DNA of 64,000 nt from Christensenellales bacterium (lineage in GTDB: Bacteria; Bacillota; Clostridia; Christensenellales; UBA1242), in the NCBI GenBank assembly GCA_051883495.1, contig JBJETV010000022.1, forward strand, positions 35,118 to 99,117, written 5' to 3'. Each line of letters starts with the position of its first letter. Positions within the stretch are counted from its first letter, which is position 1. The position numbers and the translations under genes were made by a program. Shown one piece after another: positions 60,901 to 64,000 of this stretch. A model generated the notes under the pieces. It was not told the DNA's origin, did not search any database, and saw only the letters and a list, made by a program, of their open reading frames with translations.

Positions 60901-63900
60901 ACTGTCTGCTACTGCCGAATTGACAGATGGTGGGGACAACTATTATCTTGCCAGCAAAGACGACATTAACCTGCAAATTTCGCTTGGTTCGGAAGATGTT
61001 AGTGATTGTTATGAATGGACTTTGGGGCAAAAGATTGTTTATTATTTTGGCAAAACATTGATAGAACTGCGAGTGGTGAAAAAGGGAGATACAACCAGTT
61101 CTGCCAGTGTAATTTACAATGGCAGTGCAGTGGGAGATTTGTTTGAACTTGTCTGCACCAATGAAAATTTCTCTATAGACAGCAGTAGTGCATTTCAGTT
61201 GGTTTATACAGACGAAAGGGGTAACGAACTAACGGAAAATCCAACAAATGTAGGCAGTTATAGCGTGGTGCCAAAAGTGGACACAAATCATAAGTTGGTG
61301 ATAAGTTATATTCAGGATGGCGAAACAAAAACAGTAGAATTTTCTGGCTTGACACAGTCTTCATCTTCAACCCTGTATGTTGTTAGTTTGCAAGAGGTGG
61401 GCTATCTTACAATAACCAAAGCCGATATTGAGATAGCAACGGAGTATGTGCAATTTGAAAATGACTTGACATATGGCGCAAACTCAATGCCAAATTTGAA
61501 AACTGAGTATATAGAAAATGGCGAAACAAAGAAAGTGTTTACTTTCAAAGAAGGTGAGGAAGTAATTTTGACGACCTTTGATGGCAAGAATTATAGAATA
61601 ATTGACGGAAGTGAAGATATTTCTACCCTTGATGTTGGAACATACAATTACACTTTGATTGTTCAACCAGAAAATGCAAATTACAACACTGCTACAATAC
61701 ATGCCACTCTCAATATTGTTCCAAAACAAGTAAAACTTACGGGCGGAACTGCGCAGTTGCCAGAAGAATTGATATACAACGGAACTACCAAAAATTGCAT
61801 AATAACCCCAACCTTTGACATAGAAGATGTGCCATACAACATTGCATATAGATATATCAAACTAAAGGCGGAAAGTGTAGATGGTGTGGACATAATGCTT
61901 AATGCGTATGACTACTCTGGTGGTTCAATAAACAAAGAAAATCCAACTCTCATATCACCAGACTCCATTGCTAGTTCTACCAGCGAAATAACTTATGAAC
62001 TAAAAACTATTGATGGAATAAATTACGTTGTCATCAACGGTGCAAAAGCAGTGGAAGTAGGGTTAGCCAATTCTTCACCTTTGGGAGCAGGGGCATATAT
62101 TTGCGTTGCAAACATATCTTCCAGAGTAGGCAATTATGTGATAACTCGCAACGATTCTCCATGCAGTGTGGCATATTTGTATGAAATAAAAAAGAATGGA
62201 GATTTGAGCATTTCATTCAACAAAACAGAATTTTTCTATGGCACAGAGTTTGACCTTGTAAGTAGCAACGCAACTATTCCTTTTGAGTGCTCGGTTACTC
62301 CAAACATTGGCAATTCCTTGCATTATGTAGCGGTGGACGATTGGGGGACAGATACAATACTTGCCGTTGGAACATACAGAGTAAAGGTCAAGGCAATTAC
62401 AGACAACTTCTACAAAGAAGAAACATTTGAGTTTGCTGTGCTTCCTTGCATAGCGGAGATAGAATTCCCACCAATCAACTCTTATGCCTTCACAGGAAGC
62501 AGAGTAACCTCATTCTTTGAGAATATCAAAGCCAAAAAATATGATAAAGACGGAAACTTGGTGGATACACAAATATTTTCATTGACTAATAAAGATTTTA
62601 CTGCAAGATTCTTTCAGTATGACGAAGAAACAGGAGATTACACTATAGATCTTCTTGTTAATCAACATGAAGATATTGATGGGACAAGCAATATTCCCGT
62701 CTATGTGGGCAAATATTTGTTGAAATTGACATATGGTTCAGAATCTTCAAATTATTATGGCACAGGAGATTACTATTATTCTATCCAAAAGCCAGCATAT
62801 TCTGGTGAGATTACCGTAGTTACTAGGGAGATAACTTACAATCCAAATATTTCCGCAACAGGACTATATAACCTGATAAGATATGGAGATGAATCAGCAC
62901 TAACTACCAACAAGGGAATGTTCAAAATTGACCTAACAGAATCGCAGTATGACCTAAAAATTTATGTAAAAGTGCTAGACGAAGATGTCGAACTAGTTAA
63001 GGATAGTTCAGATTGGATAAAATATGTTATGACCTGCGAAAATGGTGGAGTTGACCTTAAATTTGTAGTAACATTTAAGGGAGATAAAGAAGATTTTGCT
63101 CCTGCAGAAATTACAAGAAAGTTATCGGTGCAAAGGAGAGAAATAAACAGGGAATATTTTAGTGAGCCATCAGGGATAACTGGATATTATTATTCTGGAT
63201 TTGAAGTGTATCATGCGCTCAAATATAGAGGCTTTGCACCTTTGGACAAACTGCAATTTGATACAAATGAAGTGTTTTATAACGGCAGTGAAGAAGTTAC
63301 AGTAGAGTATTATGATAATAGCAAAACAGATTATCACTATGCGGTGAAAATGCTAGACAAATTGGGCAATGAAATAGGCTTGGTCGGCTTTGTTTATTAC
63401 GAAGACGGTTTGCGAATGGATAGAATTCCAATAGTGCCAGGAGAAAACTACAAAGTAAGATATTATGTGTCTATAAATGGCAGTAATTATTCCAGTTCAG
63501 ATGATCTAAAACCAGAGAGTGAAAGCCCTTGGGAGAGCAGTTTTAGAATAAACAAGATAGATTTGAGTGTAAAGATAGAAGTAGAGCCTCGAGAATATTC
63601 CAACAAATCTTTCACATTAAAGGATATCAATATTATCACTTCTAGCAGTAATGTTGCAGAACTTAATGTGCGAACAGTAGTAAGCCAGGATGGAAACGAA
63701 GCCAACTTCCTATCAAATCCTCCTAGTGACATAGTTTTGGTTGTTAGGTTGCTGTCTGGGGTTAGTGAGTTAACTCTGCCAACCAGCGGGAGTGGGCCAA
63801 CATTGATATTATCCAAAGGAGTTTACACTATTAAAGTCTCATTGTTACATCATAGTAGTTATGACATAACAAAATTCTTCTCCAGTGTAGTCTTATATGA

Positions 63901-64000
63901 TGGCAGTTCTTCTAAAACATATTCATCAAGCGAGATTGCAGAGTCGGGTGGAGATAGTAGAGGTGTATATGGCATCACTGCAATTCAAGACCTAACTATC
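57938..64000 (+). CDS. giant surface lipoprotein, 5' part only (first 2,021 codons; runs off the window): lipobox, Big_2-like domain, MBG-type repeats
   Basis: Not in the supplied ORF track because there is no stop in the window. My translation: MKRKLLSFLFIIPLLFASMFMLSACGKENLKSITLSLSGQDVLQ... I read the first ~1 kb continuously and spot-checked lines 59341, 60001, 61021, 62041, 63001, 63901 and 63961, all open in this frame. MBG-like signatures ISPRQVVVKVLDKDIIYGDN, ISPRDIEVTPQSRQKIFGEKDENEF, KTYGQGDPNFSF, RVYDGTVVS. Confidence 0.85.
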   Translation, partial: MKRKLLSFLFIIPLLFASMFMLSACGKENLKSITLSLSGQDVLQNSKNTWTVAKRNKPYQVQAVLFPAEYSVDDLTWRCTPSDVATITTSGALSAKSGGLAEVSAQYKNSDGSVVFASIKVYVSETKLPTYSQMDINVTYEGANLLESESALSFVPNNMTDSFELKYYEIVENNGKKNYVETAELLNVGDYIVQCVQKASQQEICSLNIHITPAVIPAQVQAPVISSVYGDESFDGVFATGQDIDYQTGTVLYGIGNDSSREIGKYVFVSHAQLASGVGNYVVDARMQFASSQDEKNYKFEYTKGSHTISPRQVVVKVLDKDIIYGDNIGDVDYALYDYAQYANNGNSFDDLAEITSEIVSYKANISTGNAILKKDNKQVEKNSFNQYPVLWQDDIVAQYDLSSKFVCSGNVQMETVVGGKIKISPRDIEVTPQSRQKIFGEKDENEFFLGSYSYGVVDEKEILPFIFVSYNTTASLGEKNMLAPVGTYYYAVDNTKNKNYNFSLCEDAKMSISRIVYEVLPAEVVIKFADVLDEYYKATDVVGVSEGYQLKMVESLTVAGKVVVQNKQCNEVFEEGKLALIGEDKMGLSLRLDEVTNSDKNIYKKFKISLREFFFDSPSSKKENYRVTVLDSYLTTKREKLTVTPYIKPYYSDGFDASRVYDGTVVSTIDGLYSSYIIEGNFINGETSSDILPQNTNFLTMQKDGKYVKVLSSGEVFVDEMKDCGRYKIMLDESVVVNAGMEHYELCFDTSKTYCYEIKQKQVHIVLDTSEKIEIDGQQYPVVYKTYGQGDPNFSFKTVDVVVEPVSSGKLARHKIGKDTEVVGRYPLTLGDASLGENYSLVLDNCYLQILPRKVTVVPTSPVVTYGSDISLNQYSYNIDNTLTFDESLTTAPTFAGSFALQKHDTNVVKNTCYKVGVYNIVAGNFACTSDNYIMTLSSDATYTVTAKKTVLDILSISNADKNTTPISDVILANSQLKLRQSVGNVTLSATAELTDGGDNYYLASKDDINLQISLGSEDVSDCYEWTLGQKIVYYFGKTLIELRVVKKGDTTSSASVIYNGSAVGDLFELVCTNENFSIDSSSAFQLVYTDERGNELTENPTNVGSYSVVPKVDTNHKLVISYIQDGETKTVEFSGLTQSSSSTLYVVSLQEVGYLTITKADIEIATEYVQFENDLTYGANSMPNLKTEYIENGETKKVFTFKEGEEVILTTFDGKNYRIIDGSEDISTLDVGTYNYTLIVQPENANYNTATIHATLNIVPKQVKLTGGTAQLPEELIYNGTTKNCIITPTFDIEDVPYNIAYRYIKLKAESVDGVDIMLNAYDYSGGSINKENPTLISPDSIASSTSEITYELKTIDGINYVVINGAKAVEVGLANSSPLGAGAYICVANISSRVGNYVITRNDSPCSVAYLYEIKKNGDLSISFNKTEFFYGTEFDLVSSNATIPFECSVTPNIGNSLHYVAVDDWGTDTILAVGTYRVKVKAITDNFYKEETFEFAVLPCIAEIEFPPINSYAFTGSRVTSFFENIKAKKYDKDGNLVDTQIFSLTNKDFTARFFQYDEETGDYTIDLLVNQHEDIDGTSNIPVYVGKYLLKLTYGSESSNYYGTGDYYYSIQKPAYSGEITVVTREITYNPNISATGLYNLIRYGDESALTTNKGMFKIDLTESQYDLKIYVKVLDEDVELVKDSSDWIKYVMTCENGGVDLKFVVTFKGDKEDFAPAEITRKLSVQRREINREYFSEPSGITGYYYSGFEVYHALKYRGFAPLDKLQFDTNEVFYNGSEEVTVEYYDNSKTDYHYAVKMLDKLGNEIGLVGFVYYEDGLRMDRIPIVPGENYKVRYYVSINGSNYSSSDDLKPESESPWESSFRINKIDLSVKIEVEPREYSNKSFTLKDINIITSSSNVAELNVRTVVSQDGNEANFLSNPPSDIVLVVRLLSGVSELTLPTSGSGPTLILSKGVYTIKVSLLHHSSYDITKFFSSVVLYDGSSSKTYSSSEIAESGGDSRGVYGITAIQDLTI

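Overview
This is a 64-kb chromosomal segment from a low-GC, monoderm-type bacterium. It looks Bacillota-like (spoVG, degV, hup, type I signal peptidase, murC), and an [FeFe]-hydrogenase suggests an anaerobe. The standard genetic code applies, since ftsH ends in TGA. I found no rRNA, tRNA, CRISPR array, transposase or integrase.

Ordinary housekeeping genes sit at both ends: ftsH, lepB, degV and hup at 0.9-8 kb, and spoVG, murC, rpmE, PEBP, HAD, hydrogenase, metG and dtd at 49-57.7 kb. Between and after them lies a giant surface-protein locus.

- **Three consecutive plus-strand genes:** 8598-17462 (2,954 aa), 17786-43996 (8,736 aa from one 26.2-kb ORF) and 44114-47377 (1,087 aa).
- **A fourth gene:** 57938 to the window end (over 2,020 aa), truncated by the window and absent from the supplied ORF track.
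- **Scale:** together these four genes cover 44,403 nt, about 69% of the window.

The giant proteins combine Pmp-type parallel beta-helix repeats (FxxN/GGAIY), GLUG repeats, Big_2-like domains and a very long array of diverged MBG/Ig-like repeats of about 95-110 aa. They use three different membrane anchors (C-terminal tail anchor, N-terminal signal anchor, lipobox), and I see no clear LPXTG signal. Each of the three clustered genes appears to have its own sigma-A-like promoter and intrinsic terminator.

Secondary points of interest:
- a markedly AT-richer two-gene cassette (EcsC-like/SHOCT protein plus a PH-like protein with a cationic tail) bracketed by terminators
- an H-domain-only (M1-type) [FeFe]-hydrogenase, apparently translationally coupled to a HAD hydrolase with a CCHxCCHH tail
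- a Cys-rich repeat lipoprotein
- an FtsH with a ~190-aa K/E/S-rich tail
- an 811-bp non-coding leader region with promoter-like duplicates and a tandem 33-bp repeat carrying a perfect DnaA box
- three copies of the palindrome TTTGCAAA in front of metG

All family assignments come from motifs read by eye. No database search was possible.
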